38,390 nt of DNA from Nanobdellota archaeon (lineage in GTDB: Archaea; Nanobdellota; Nanobdellia; Pacearchaeales; GW2011-AR1), in NCBI GenBank assembly GCA_030640395.1, contig DAOWJK010000011.1:1-38390 (forward strand), given 5' to 3'. Under the pieces are notes generated by a model. It was not told the origin of the DNA, made no database searches, and worked only from the letters and a program-made list of their open reading frames with translations. Within the stretch, counting starts at the first letter, position 1. Every line of letters begins with the position of its first letter. Positions 14,470-23,122 of this stretch are shown here, one piece after another. Position numbers and translations under genes: made by a program.

Positions 14470-15879
14470 TTACTGCAACTTCTCAACTGCCTTCGCAATC
14501 CTCAACATCTTTTCATCTTCAAACTTGTCACAAGCAACCTGCATCCCAACAGGAATTCCATCAATCTTTCCAATCGGCAAACTCAGCGCACAATTCCCAT
14601 ACAAATTATAAGGAATAGTTAAAGCATCATAAGCATACATATCCTCAACAGAAATACTCTCGCCAATCTTATGCGGCAGCTTCGGACAAACAGGAGAAAT
14701 AATGCAATCAACCTTTTCAAAAGCTTTTGCCAACTCTTTAGAAAAAAACTCCTTTGCAATCAAAGACTTATGATAATATCTTCCATGATGCTCTGCCTTG
14801 GAAATTTCACTCCCTCCTAAAATTCTTCTCATAACTTCTGGACCGCAAGCATCCTCAATTTTCTTCCCATACCTCCTGCCATCCAGTCTCCGGGTTGCAG
14901 AAAAAAACTCAACATAAACCAAAGGATAATAAGTCGCAACAGCCAACTCAAAATTAGAAATCTTTATCTTCCTAATCTCCCACCCATATTTTTCGCTGGC
15001 TTTTTTAATTCTCTCCCCAATCAAATCATCAATTCTCTTATCCCGAGACTCAAAATCCAAAACACCAACAACTAACTTCCTAGGAACTTTATTCAAGTTC
15101 TTCAAATCAATTTTCTTGCCCCGTAATGCAGCCTCGTCAGAGGTTCTCGTGCCCTCTTTGGGTATACTTTGGGGTACACCAGGCGGTGTGCTTTCCTGAG
15201 AAATAGAATCTTTCTCATCTTTGCCATAAATCACACTTAACAACAAACCAGCATCTAAAACATTTTTTGCAATAGGTCCAATCTGATCTAAACTCATAGA
15301 AAGATCAATTAAACCATAACGAGAAACAGATGAATAAGTTGGCTTCACTCCAACAACTCCGCAGTGCGACGCAGGATTTCTTATGCTCCCTCCAGTGTCA
15401 GAACCCAAAGCCATGTCGCAAAAACCCGCAGCCACAGCAGCCACACTACCCGACGACGAACCTCCAGGAACAAAACCAAAAGCAGCAGGATTTTTCGTCG
15501 CACCAAAAGCACTTGTCTCACCAGAACTCCCGCACGCAAACTCATCACAATTTGCCATTCCCAAAATAATCCCTCCCTGGTCTTTAATCTTCTTAATCAC
15601 AGTTGCATCATAACCTGCCTTATAATTCTCCAAAACTTTAGAACCACACGAAGCATGCAAACCCTTAACATTAATATTTGCCTTCACAGCAATAACTTTC
15701 CCGGCAAGTTTTGCCCCAGCATTCAGTACTTTGGGGTACACCGAGCGGTGCCCAGATTTATTTTTTTTCGCTTCTTGCAAAGCATTTGGATTCATTTCTA
15801 AAATCGCATTTATTTTTTTCCCTTTTTTATTATTTGCTTCAATTTCTTTCAAGTAGTTTTTTAGTTTTTCTGTGTTCAT
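14470..15879 (-). CDS. gatA: Asp-tRNA(Asn)/Glu-tRNA(Gln) amidotransferase subunit A
   Basis: 469 aa. Amidase signature GGSSSGSVAAVAAG...GSDTGGSIRNPASHCGVVGVKPTY..VSRYGLI...SLDQIGP. Carries two in-frame element copies. Confidence 0.9.
   Translation of the reverse strand: MNTEKLKNYLKEIEANNKKGKKINAILEMNPNALQEAKKNKSGHRSVYPKVLNAGAKLAGKVIAVKANINVKGLHASCGSKVLENYKAGYDATVIKKIKDQGGIILGMANCDEFACGSSGETSAFGATKNPAAFGFVPGGSSSGSVAAVAAGFCDMALGSDTGGSIRNPASHCGVVGVKPTYSSVSRYGLIDLSMSLDQIGPIAKNVLDAGLLLSVIYGKDEKDSISQESTPPGVPQSIPKEGTRTSDEAALRGKKIDLKNLNKVPRKLVVGVLDFESRDKRIDDLIGERIKKASEKYGWEIRKIKISNFELAVATYYPLVYVEFFSATRRLDGRRYGKKIEDACGPEVMRRILGGSEISKAEHHGRYYHKSLIAKEFFSKELAKAFEKVDCIISPVCPKLPHKIGESISVEDMYAYDALTIPYNLYGNCALSLPIGKIDGIPVGMQVACDKFEDEKMLRIAKAVEKLQ
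15116..15191 (-). repeat. in-frame two-hairpin element, copy 3 (gatA, long variant with nested extra hairpin)
   Basis: + strand: TTGCCCCGTAAT-[GCAGCCTCGTCAGAGGTTCTCGTGCCCTCTTTGGGTA]-TACTTTGGGGTACACC-aggc-GGTGTGC. The ends match copy 7 exactly; the bracketed stretch of about 36 nt is extra. Translated as STPPGVPQSIPKEGTRTSDEAALRGK. Confidence 0.75.
15711..15752 (-). repeat. in-frame two-hairpin element, copy 4 (gatA N-terminal region)
   Basis: + strand: TTGCCCCAGCATTCAGTACTTTGGGGTACACC-gagc-GGTGCC. 22/24 identity to the 24-mer core of copies 3 and 7. Read in a different frame: GHRSVYPKVLNAG. Confidence 0.7.
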
Positions 15880-16298
15880 TTTCTTATTTTTTGGAGAGGA
15901 AGTAATTTCCTCTTATTATTCTCTCTGATTTTTCTTGCTTCCAAAGCTTTAATCCAATCTGCTTCATTTTCTAAAAATTTAACCATAGAATCTCTTGTTT
16001 TTGTTCTGACAACAATAATTATTTTTAATTTCCCAAAAAATATATCAACATCAAATTTCCCGTTTTGGTAATGTCTTATACAATCTTCAAAATCCGCAAC
16101 CTTTAACTCTACCTGAATAAAATTTCCTTTTTTGTCTTCACACTCCTCAAAAAAAATACTCTTAACTTTCTCAGGATTAAATCCCAAATGCCCCATAAAC
16201 TTTACAAAACTCTCTTTAAAGCCTTCATTTTTTTTCACACTATATCTATGCCTAAATCCATCATTATCTGTTCCAGTTAAAATTAATTTCTTTTTCAT
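15876..16298 (-). CDS. hypothetical protein
   Basis: 140-aa ORF. Its stop overlaps the gatA start and its start overlaps the upstream ORF stop (4-nt ATGA-type overlaps), implying an operon. Confidence 0.5.
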   Translation of the reverse strand: MKKKLILTGTDNDGFRHRYSVKKNEGFKESFVKFMGHLGFNPEKVKSIFFEECEDKKGNFIQVELKVADFEDCIRHYQNGKFDVDIFFGKLKIIIVVRTKTRDSMVKFLENEADWIKALEARKIRENNKRKLLPLQKIRK

Positions 16299-17140
16299 TT
16301 TAACTCCCCAACAAATTTATTTATCCAATCAAAACTTCCATCATCAGTAATCACAACATCAAAATTCTTTTTGTATCGCTCTAAATTCTCCTCAACACTT
16401 TCATTCAAAAAACCAACTGAAACTAAATTATCATAATCAAAACCCTCAATCATCCCCAAATCTCCTAAACTATCCCCAATCAACAAAACATTTTTCCTTT
16501 TCAAAAGCTCACCATAAATAGGGAGATTTTTTACAGAAATTTCAGATTTGTTCATCACATGAATTATCGGTTCGTGAACCCCAATCGCATTCTCCTCTCC
16601 ATCCCATTTATATAAATTAGAAATTATATGAATATTATTATACAAAATTCCCTCTTTTTCAAGATACATCGGAATTGTATCCCCAACACCACTAGAAGAA
16701 AGAATAACCAACAAAATATTTTTTTCCTTTAAAAATTTAAGAAACTCAACAACACCTTCCCTAAATTCAAGAGACTCGTCATTGACAACTTTTTCCAAAT
16801 CAGATTTATTCAAACCAGATTTAATCAGCAAATCAAAATGTGCATTCCACCATTCATTCATTTTTTTAGATTTCTCCTCATCCTTAACATCAGTAGCAAT
16901 TTCAATTGGGTGATATTTATCAAAAAGTTCATGAGCTTTTTTTGCATAACCTTCAGTTAAATAATTTCCATTACGCAAATGTGAAATAATTGTATTCGCT
17001 TTCTTCTCATTAAAAAACGCCTTTGTTAAAGTCCTATCAAAATCAGCAAGAACATGAAATTTATCTGCTCCATCTTCTAAAATCTTTTTCTTTTTTTCTT
17101 CTAAACTTTCTTCATTAGCAATAATAACTTCATTTACCAT
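16295..17140 (-). CDS. HAD-superfamily 5-prime-nucleotidase-like protein (UMPH-1-like)
   Basis: 281 aa. HAD motif I in VLADFDRTLTK, motif II in ILSSSG, motif IV in LIGDSLGD. Overall length and pattern recall pyrimidine 5-prime-nucleotidases. Confidence 0.5.
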   Translation of the reverse strand: MVNEVIIANEESLEEKKKKILEDGADKFHVLADFDRTLTKAFFNEKKANTIISHLRNGNYLTEGYAKKAHELFDKYHPIEIATDVKDEEKSKKMNEWWNAHFDLLIKSGLNKSDLEKVVNDESLEFREGVVEFLKFLKEKNILLVILSSSGVGDTIPMYLEKEGILYNNIHIISNLYKWDGEENAIGVHEPIIHVMNKSEISVKNLPIYGELLKRKNVLLIGDSLGDLGMIEGFDYDNLVSVGFLNESVEENLERYKKNFDVVITDDGSFDWINKFVGELK

Positions 17141-17176
17141 TTTTTCTTTCTGTCAAATTTATTTGATAGCAAAAAA

Positions 17177-17440
17177 TCATTGCCATGACTTCCTCTCCCC
17201 AATAATAAAATCTTTATTTTTATTCGGTGCATTCTCAAACATAATTTTCCTAAACTCATTATCACACTTTTCTCCCTCACCTTCTTCTCTTTCTCCTTTG
17301 TCTCTCTCAATCAAAGGCTCTGCCATTTTCTTATCAATCTTAGAAAGCTTTTTAGAAAAACTATCCATTATTTTTTTTGCCTGCTCTTTAATTTCTTGTT
17401 TTTCTTTTTCAGAAACCTTGTGCCATAAAAAATCTGCCAT
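17177..17440 (-). CDS. gatC: GatC-like amidotransferase subunit C (tentative)
   Basis: 87 aa. Size, an acidic central loop and the C-terminal ..F..ENAP.....F....K pattern resemble GatC. Lies in the same co-directional string as aspS and gatA. Confidence 0.45.
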   Translation of the reverse strand: MADFLWHKVSEKEKQEIKEQAKKIMDSFSKKLSKIDKKMAEPLIERDKGEREEGEGEKCDNEFRKIMFENAPNKNKDFIIGERKSWQ

Positions 17441-17470
17441 AAAAACTAATAGAATAAGAAGTTTATAAGA

Positions 17471-18310
17471 TTATTTAATGAACCTAACATCAATTTTCTT
17501 TTTCTCATCAATCTCAATTATCACTGCCTTGCCTTCATAAGCAGGACCAATCGCGACTATTTTTGTCTTCCCGAGTTTTTTCATTCCCTGATATTCATGC
17601 ATATGTCCGCATAAAAATAATTTTGGTTGGTATTTTTTTATATATTTTGTAAAATATTTATCTCCAATATGTTTTTCATTTAAAGGACTTTGTTTATTAT
17701 TAATTTTATCAAAATAACCATAAGGAACATCATGTCCAATAAAAATAACACCATTATAATTTTTTAATCTATAAAAAATTTTTTTCAATCTATTATCCCA
17801 TTTTTTATTTAAAGTTTTTATTTTTTTATTTTTATTTTTATCAAGTTTAATAAAACCTTTTGCACTTGCTCCACGATAACCTGAAAACCCTGCTAAAACA
17901 AAATTATTAATTTTTTTAAAATTAGTTTTTAATAGTCTTATATTCAAAATCCTACATTGATATTCTAACCCTTTTAACCCAAATTCTTTCATTTCATTAT
18001 CTAAACTATCAGCATTACCATAAATTGCAATTATTGGTTTACCTAACAATGTCAATTCTTTTAAAATTTTAAACTGGGATTTAATCGCTTTTCTTTCAAG
18101 TTCTTTATATTTCTTTTTTCCAATAATCTCAATCAAACTTTTATTCTTAATCTCATTCCAATATTTAAAATTAAGATTTCTCATTTTAGAAGTATCTGCA
18201 TAATCCCCCAATCCAACAATCAAATCAACATCCTCTTTTTTTATTTTATTTTTCAACTTCTCAGTAAACTTTCCATGAAAATCTCCTATTGCTAATATTC
18301 TCATAACCAT
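17471..18310 (-). CDS. metallophosphoesterase
   Basis: 279 aa. ILAIGDFHG, GLGDY, GNAD, GHDVP and CGHMHE motifs of the calcineurin-like phosphoesterase fold. Confidence 0.75.
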   Translation of the reverse strand: MVMRILAIGDFHGKFTEKLKNKIKKEDVDLIVGLGDYADTSKMRNLNFKYWNEIKNKSLIEIIGKKKYKELERKAIKSQFKILKELTLLGKPIIAIYGNADSLDNEMKEFGLKGLEYQCRILNIRLLKTNFKKINNFVLAGFSGYRGASAKGFIKLDKNKNKKIKTLNKKWDNRLKKIFYRLKNYNGVIFIGHDVPYGYFDKINNKQSPLNEKHIGDKYFTKYIKKYQPKLFLCGHMHEYQGMKKLGKTKIVAIGPAYEGKAVIIEIDEKKKIDVRFIK

Positions 18311-18328
18311 TCCAAGAAATCTTAATTT

Positions 18329-18377
18329 AAAAACTTAAGGTGTTAATCTATCCCTGCGTCAAGTTACGCCTTGATGC
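18329..18377 (-). terminator. hairpin plus U5 tract just downstream of aspS (weak terminator or processing candidate)
   Basis: GCGTCAAG (18356-18363) / CTTGATGC (18370-18377) form an 8-bp stem with one G:T on the + strand. A5 at 18329-18333 gives U5 in the reverse-strand transcript. The stem starts about 10 nt past the aspS stop codon. Confidence 0.3.
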
Positions 18378-18386
18378 AATGACGAC

Positions 18387-19742
18387 TCAGGGAGTGAGTC
18401 GGTCTTTATCCCTCGGAAACAAAACAGCTTCTCTAATATTTGGTAAACCCAAAAGAGCTTGTGTAAATCTTTCGATTCCAATACTCCATCCTGCATGAGG
18501 CGGAGCACCAAATTTAAAACTATCAATATAATTTTTGAAATCCTTTGGATTCAAACCATTTGCCTTCAACCTCTTTTCCAAAAGTTCAGGAATATGAATC
18601 CTCTGCCCCCCTGAACTAATCTCCATTCCTTTGTAAATAGCATCAAAACCTTCGCTCAATTCTGCATCTGCTTTTTCCGCTTTACTTTGACCACGCTTGG
18701 ACGAAGTACGTAAGGATTCCTGTCCTTGCTTTGGCATAATATAAAACGGCTTTCCTTTCATAGGCCAATCATAAACAAAAACAAGCGTGTCTGAAAACAA
18801 CTCATCAAGTTTTCTCTCTGCCTCACCAGTTAAATCATCATCCCCAATTTTAACCTTATGTTTTTTCATCAGCTCAGCAACTTCCTTAAATGTCATATAC
18901 TTTGTCTTCGGCACTTTCAACTTAACCCCCAGCAAATCCAACTCTGCCTTATTCTTTTTAATAACTTCCCCGACAATATATTTCACAACACCTTCCATTT
19001 CCTTTAAAACAATTTTCGCATCTGCAAAAGCCATCTCAATATCCATCTGCCGACACTCATTCAAATGCCGAACAGTGTTGTGCTTTTCTGCTCTCCAAAC
19101 AGGAGTAATAGTCACAATATTCTCCATGGCACACGCAAGCATCTGCTTATACAACTGCGGACTCTGTGCAAGATAAATTTTCTTCTCAAAATACTTCACC
19201 TCAAACAACTCAGTCCCGCCTTCAGAACTCGCACTAATCAGCGAAGGCAACTGCACATCAATAAAACCCTTATCCACAAAATAATTCTTAAAAGCCGAAC
19301 CAATCGTGGACTGAATTTTAAAAATCGCCTGAGTCCTGGTCCTGTGCAAATCCAAACATCTCCAGTCCAGTCTCTTCGGCAACTCTGTCTTTGAATGTTC
19401 AGAAACATCAATCACCAGCTCCTCTGCAAAACTCAAAACTTCAAATTCCTCCGGAACAATTTCCCTGCCTCCGGGCGCCTGCTTTGAATCTTTCACAAAA
19501 CCCTTAACATAAACAACAGACTCTCGCGAAACATTATCCATGCTCTTAAAAATTTTATCATCAACTTTTCCTTTCACAGCAGTAATCTGAATAATTCCGG
19601 AAACATCCCTTAACAAAAGAAACCTAATCTTCCCAAGCCCCCGAGTATTATGCACCCAGCCAGCAACCTCAACTCTTTTAGATTTCAAATTAAAAACATC
19701 TTTGACAAGAACTCTTTTCTCATTTAATTTTTTTAAATTCAT
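18387..19742 (-). CDS. aspS: aspartyl-tRNA synthetase, archaeal type (probably non-discriminating, given GatCAB and no AsnRS seen here)
   Basis: 451 aa. OB-fold N-terminus V.GWVH..R..GK..FL.LRD. Class II motifs FRAEKHNT-like (WRAEKHNTVRHLNE), GMEISSGGQRIH and GAPPHAGWSIGIERF, with C-terminal FPRDKDRLTP. Confidence 0.9.
   Translation of the reverse strand: MNLKKLNEKRVLVKDVFNLKSKRVEVAGWVHNTRGLGKIRFLLLRDVSGIIQITAVKGKVDDKIFKSMDNVSRESVVYVKGFVKDSKQAPGGREIVPEEFEVLSFAEELVIDVSEHSKTELPKRLDWRCLDLHRTRTQAIFKIQSTIGSAFKNYFVDKGFIDVQLPSLISASSEGGTELFEVKYFEKKIYLAQSPQLYKQMLACAMENIVTITPVWRAEKHNTVRHLNECRQMDIEMAFADAKIVLKEMEGVVKYIVGEVIKKNKAELDLLGVKLKVPKTKYMTFKEVAELMKKHKVKIGDDDLTGEAERKLDELFSDTLVFVYDWPMKGKPFYIMPKQGQESLRTSSKRGQSKAEKADAELSEGFDAIYKGMEISSGGQRIHIPELLEKRLKANGLNPKDFKNYIDSFKFGAPPHAGWSIGIERFTQALLGLPNIREAVLFPRDKDRLTP
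18675..18729 (-). repeat. possible degenerate relative of the in-frame element (in aspS)
   Basis: + strand: TTCCGCTTTACTTTGACCACGCTTGGACGAAGTAC-GT-AAGGA-ttcctg-TCCTT-GC. Shares TTCCG.TACTTTG and GTAC-plus-hairpin with the family. Coincides with about 20 extra residues (GQESLRTSSKRGQSKAEKADA) between PFYIMP and the SEGFD..Y.G.EISSG motif. Confidence 0.3.
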
Positions 19743-19759
19743 AATTATAAGAAAAATCT

Positions 19760-20080
19760 TTAATATTTAAATCTTCGTTCATAGGTTTTGTGGTCCATCC
19801 ATTCAAGAATAATCGAAAACACAATTAAATTTTTTCCTTCAACACTATAAAGCAATCTCCATGCTCCAGGAAGATTATATTTCCACACATTTCGAATATT
19901 AAATCTTTGGATATATTCCTTAGGAATTAATCTTTTAGGAACCTGAATTCCACAAAACACATTCTCTTCAATATCTTCAAAAGCCCTGCAAATAAAAGAA
20001 TACAATTTTTCATCGCTATTTTTCAATCTTTCAAACGACTTTTTTATTTTATCAGTAGCAAATTGTATTTCACTATTCAT
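19760..20080 (-). CDS. RelE/ParE-superfamily toxin
   Basis: 106 aa. C-terminal VWKYNLPGAWRLLYSVEGKNLIVFSIILEWMDHKTYERRF parallels the RelE pattern (K.KL...GYRL.Y.V.....V......H..Y). Confidence 0.6.
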   Translation of the reverse strand: MNSEIQFATDKIKKSFERLKNSDEKLYSFICRAFEDIEENVFCGIQVPKRLIPKEYIQRFNIRNVWKYNLPGAWRLLYSVEGKNLIVFSIILEWMDHKTYERRFKY

Positions 20081-20367
20081 CTTTTTCTCCAGAATAAATG
20101 TGTTTCTTTTAATCTTTTTTCAACATCATCCGGATAAAAAATCCACCCTATTTTTCCTTCTGCATCTACAGAAATCTTTCTAGATAAAATCAAATAATCT
20201 ATAATCACACTAAATGTTTGATACATCATTTTTTTTTGTAAATGCAACCAAAGCTGTTTCTTTCTAAATTCTCCGTCATATTTTTTTATATATTCTTCAA
20301 CAAAAAGCACAGTGTCAAGACGGGGAAATCTTGCAGAAGGATTTTCTTTTCTAAGTAGTTTTAACAT
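20077..20367 (-). CDS. putative cognate antitoxin (unclassified, possibly winged-helix)
   Basis: 96-aa ORF immediately upstream of the toxin with a 4-nt start/stop overlap. No family recognised. Confidence 0.4.
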   Translation of the reverse strand: MLKLLRKENPSARFPRLDTVLFVEEYIKKYDGEFRKKQLWLHLQKKMMYQTFSVIIDYLILSRKISVDAEGKIGWIFYPDDVEKRLKETHLFWRKR

Positions 20368-20463
20368 AGTTATATCAATTGATACACCTTTATAAATTTT
20401 ACTAAAAAAATTATTTATTAACTTATTTGAAATTACACTCTATACAAAGTGTTCATTTTATCC

Positions 20464-21525
20464 TCAACCAAACAATTTTCTAAACCAATTAAGAATCTTT
20501 TTTATCAAACCCTCGCTGATACATTCGTTAGAAATACACACATTGCTTTTGCATTCAAAATTATTATGGCATGTTTCTTTTTTATCCTCTTGCTCAACAA
20601 AATTACCATCAGGAGCACAATATCTCTTTGAAGTTCTATAACCAATTGGATAGCATTTATCATCTAACTCACAACCACCACAAAAATGCACAACTTCCCC
20701 TTCTTCTTCAAACTCCCCATCACAGTTAGGTTTATCTTTCCAAATTCCACCCTGACTTTCACATAAAAATTGAGAAATACCTTCAATACAACTTTCTTCT
20801 TGTCTGCACACTCCCCTGCAATATGAAGCTAATTTACAAAATGTTAAAGATTTCCGATAATTAGAATCGCAATTTGATTCAATAGTATCCTGACACCAAT
20901 TCCCTATTTTTGTTTTCTCACAACAATAAGTTTCTATTTCCTTTGATTCAGATTCTCCAACAATTACTCTTATACAAGCACCGTCTTTACAACCGTCTGG
21001 ACAATAATAATTATCATAATTATGCTCTGGATATCTGGAATCACAAAATTTTTCTTGTAAAAAATAATCATCTAAACAAAAATCAACTTCAGTAGTTCCA
21101 TCAACAGTTATCATACCTTTAACATAATAATCTAATCCTCCATCAGAATCTATACATTGATTATTTTCAACCTTTTCTGTTTCATCTTTGAGGTACATAC
21201 AAAAATCTATGTGGGTCGGGACAACATGCGTTCCAGTATCCTGACCCAATTTCATAATTGTCCTTCCATCGTCAAGTGTAAATTCCCCATTAGTTTGGCT
21301 TTCATAACTTACCCCATTAATAGTTATGTTTAACAAATCTATATTGGGAGAAATTCCACCAACCTTTCTTCCAAAAATTTCGTAATCTTCTCCATTAAAA
21401 GCATAAATAAAATTTTCCATATGATCCAATAATGGAATCACCTCCTTAGGTTCACAAGTAGCACTAACAACCCCTCCAACAATCAACACAAAAATCAATC
21501 CAATTAACAAAATAAATTTTTTCAT
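20464..21525 (-). CDS. secreted Cys-rich protein
   Basis: 353 aa. Signal peptide MKKFILLIGLIFVLIVGGVVSA, about 30 Cys, and a CIDSDGGLDYYVKG motif common in archaeal surface proteins. Confidence 0.6.
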   Translation of the reverse strand: MKKFILLIGLIFVLIVGGVVSATCEPKEVIPLLDHMENFIYAFNGEDYEIFGRKVGGISPNIDLLNITINGVSYESQTNGEFTLDDGRTIMKLGQDTGTHVVPTHIDFCMYLKDETEKVENNQCIDSDGGLDYYVKGMITVDGTTEVDFCLDDYFLQEKFCDSRYPEHNYDNYYCPDGCKDGACIRVIVGESESKEIETYCCEKTKIGNWCQDTIESNCDSNYRKSLTFCKLASYCRGVCRQEESCIEGISQFLCESQGGIWKDKPNCDGEFEEEGEVVHFCGGCELDDKCYPIGYRTSKRYCAPDGNFVEQEDKKETCHNNFECKSNVCISNECISEGLIKKILNWFRKLFG

Positions 21526-21560
21526 AACCCTCTTAATAAAACATTATTTAAAAAACTTTC

Positions 21561-23036
21561 TCATTCCAAAAACCTCTTTATAATCCCCATCGCCTCTCTC
21601 CCATCAACTTTCCCGGCAAACTTCTTCATTACCAATCCCATGTAAGCTTTCTCAGAAAGCCCGGGCTTGCCCTTGATAATTTTCATGATTTTTTCCTCAA
21701 CATTTCCTAAATCTGCTTTTTCAAACTTGACCGCACTGCTAACATCAACTCCCCTGGCAATTCTCTCTAAACTTTCCTTTATCTGCCTCTCGCTAATTTT
21801 CCCTTTTTTATATTTCTCCAAAACAAATGCAAGAATATCTTTGTTGCCCTCTATGTTTATATCTCCTTTCATAGAGGGTACACCCTTGGGTGCTGAAATA
21901 TTTTTAATCTTCCGCGCAATCTCTTTCGGAAATATCAAAACCACTTTCGCAATTAATTTTGGGTTGCTCACAATCTCCAGCAACTCCCTAAACTCCCCAA
22001 GTTTATTCATTTTGAAAATCAACTTTATCATCTCATGATTTAATCCCTTGCTGCTCAGTTCCTCTTCAATATCTTTTCTCAATCTGGGAAGATTCTTCTT
22101 AACTTTATTAATTAAATCTCTGGAAATCCTCAGCATCGGTAAATCAGTTTCAGGATACATCCTCGCTGAACCAGGCAGAGGTCTCAAAAAACTCGTGGTT
22201 GTGTCAGGATTTCCTCTCCGAACTTCTGCAACAGACTTTTTCTTTTTAACTAAATCAACCTGCCTTTCAATTTCGTTATTAATCGTAGGAACAATTAATT
22301 TTAAATTCTGAACACCTTTCATCTCAATTCTCTTCCCATTCTTAATAGAAATACTAACATCCTGCCGAATCGTGCCAATTCCCCGACGAACTCTGCAACT
22401 TCTCAAAATCTCCCCAATCTTCAGGCTGACATTCCTGGCCTGTTCAGGAGTTTTAATATCCGGAGCAGTCACAATTTCAACAAGAGGAATCCCCAACCTG
22501 TCCAGCCGATAAATTGTTTCGTCATCTTTTCGCTCCACAATCCTCGCAGCATCTTCCTCAAGAATCACGGCATTAATTCCAACTCTTCCTTCATCTGTCT
22601 CAACATAGCCATCCTGCGCAATTAAAACAGTCCTCTGAAAACCCGAAGTATTTGAACCATCAATAACAGTTTTTCTCATAATTTGTGTTATCGGAACAAT
22701 CTTGCAATTCAGCAAAAGCGAAATCTGCAAGGCAATCTCCAGCGCATCCTTATTTATCTCATGCGGCGGCTCCTCATCCAACTCAACAAGACAAGTTGTA
22801 TCATACCCCTGATAAACAAATTGCTTATCTTTTCCCATCTCATGTTTCGCCGCAACATCAACCTCTCCAGACTCTCCTGCAACAGCATGAAGTTTTCTCC
22901 TCACAATAAAATCAGGCTCGTCTTTCCTTAACAGCGACAGACAATTACAAAATAATTTTTTAGTGTCAAGTTGCTGATGAATCTCAAGCCCGCATTTAAA
23001 TCCTAATTTTTCGTAATCTAATTTTTCTTTTGACAT
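21561..23036 (-). CDS. gatE: Glu-tRNA(Gln) amidotransferase subunit E
   Basis: 491 aa. N-terminus LGFKCGLEIHQQLDTKKLFCNC, plus VDGSNTSGFQRT and RQDVSISI motifs of GatE. Shorter than typical GatE. Carries an in-frame element copy. Confidence 0.85.
   Translation of the reverse strand: MSKEKLDYEKLGFKCGLEIHQQLDTKKLFCNCLSLLRKDEPDFIVRRKLHAVAGESGEVDVAAKHEMGKDKQFVYQGYDTTCLVELDEEPPHEINKDALEIALQISLLLNCKIVPITQIMRKTVIDGSNTSGFQRTVLIAQDGYVETDEGRVGINAVILEEDAARIVERKDDETIYRLDRLGIPLVEIVTAPDIKTPEQARNVSLKIGEILRSCRVRRGIGTIRQDVSISIKNGKRIEMKGVQNLKLIVPTINNEIERQVDLVKKKKSVAEVRRGNPDTTTSFLRPLPGSARMYPETDLPMLRISRDLINKVKKNLPRLRKDIEEELSSKGLNHEMIKLIFKMNKLGEFRELLEIVSNPKLIAKVVLIFPKEIARKIKNISAPKGVPSMKGDINIEGNKDILAFVLEKYKKGKISERQIKESLERIARGVDVSSAVKFEKADLGNVEEKIMKIIKGKPGLSEKAYMGLVMKKFAGKVDGREAMGIIKRFLE
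21844..21893 (-). repeat. in-frame two-hairpin element, copy 5 (in gatE)
   Basis: + strand: TTG-CCCTCTATG-tttatatctccttt-CATAGAGGG-TACACCC-tt-GGGTGC. 9-bp stem at 21847-21855/21870-21878. 48/50 identical to copy 6. Translated as APKGVPSMKGDINIEGN. Confidence 0.8.
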
Positions 23037-23122
23037 AAGAAGAAGAAAGAAAAAGGATTAATAAAAGTTTAGGATTACTCAAGTGCTATCCATATAGTAA
23101 ATAAAAAAAATAGTTATTAAAA

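Noticed and set aside
15330-15801. Three overlapping + strand ORFs (76-145 aa) inside gatA
   Set aside because: Antisense to the amidase-signature region. They stay open only because this part of gatA and its element copies are relatively GC-rich. No motifs.
17163-17468. 101-aa + strand ORF opposite the GatC-like ORF
   Set aside because: Ser/Leu/Phe-rich low-complexity translation. The minus-strand ORF fits the co-directional operon and has GatC-like features.
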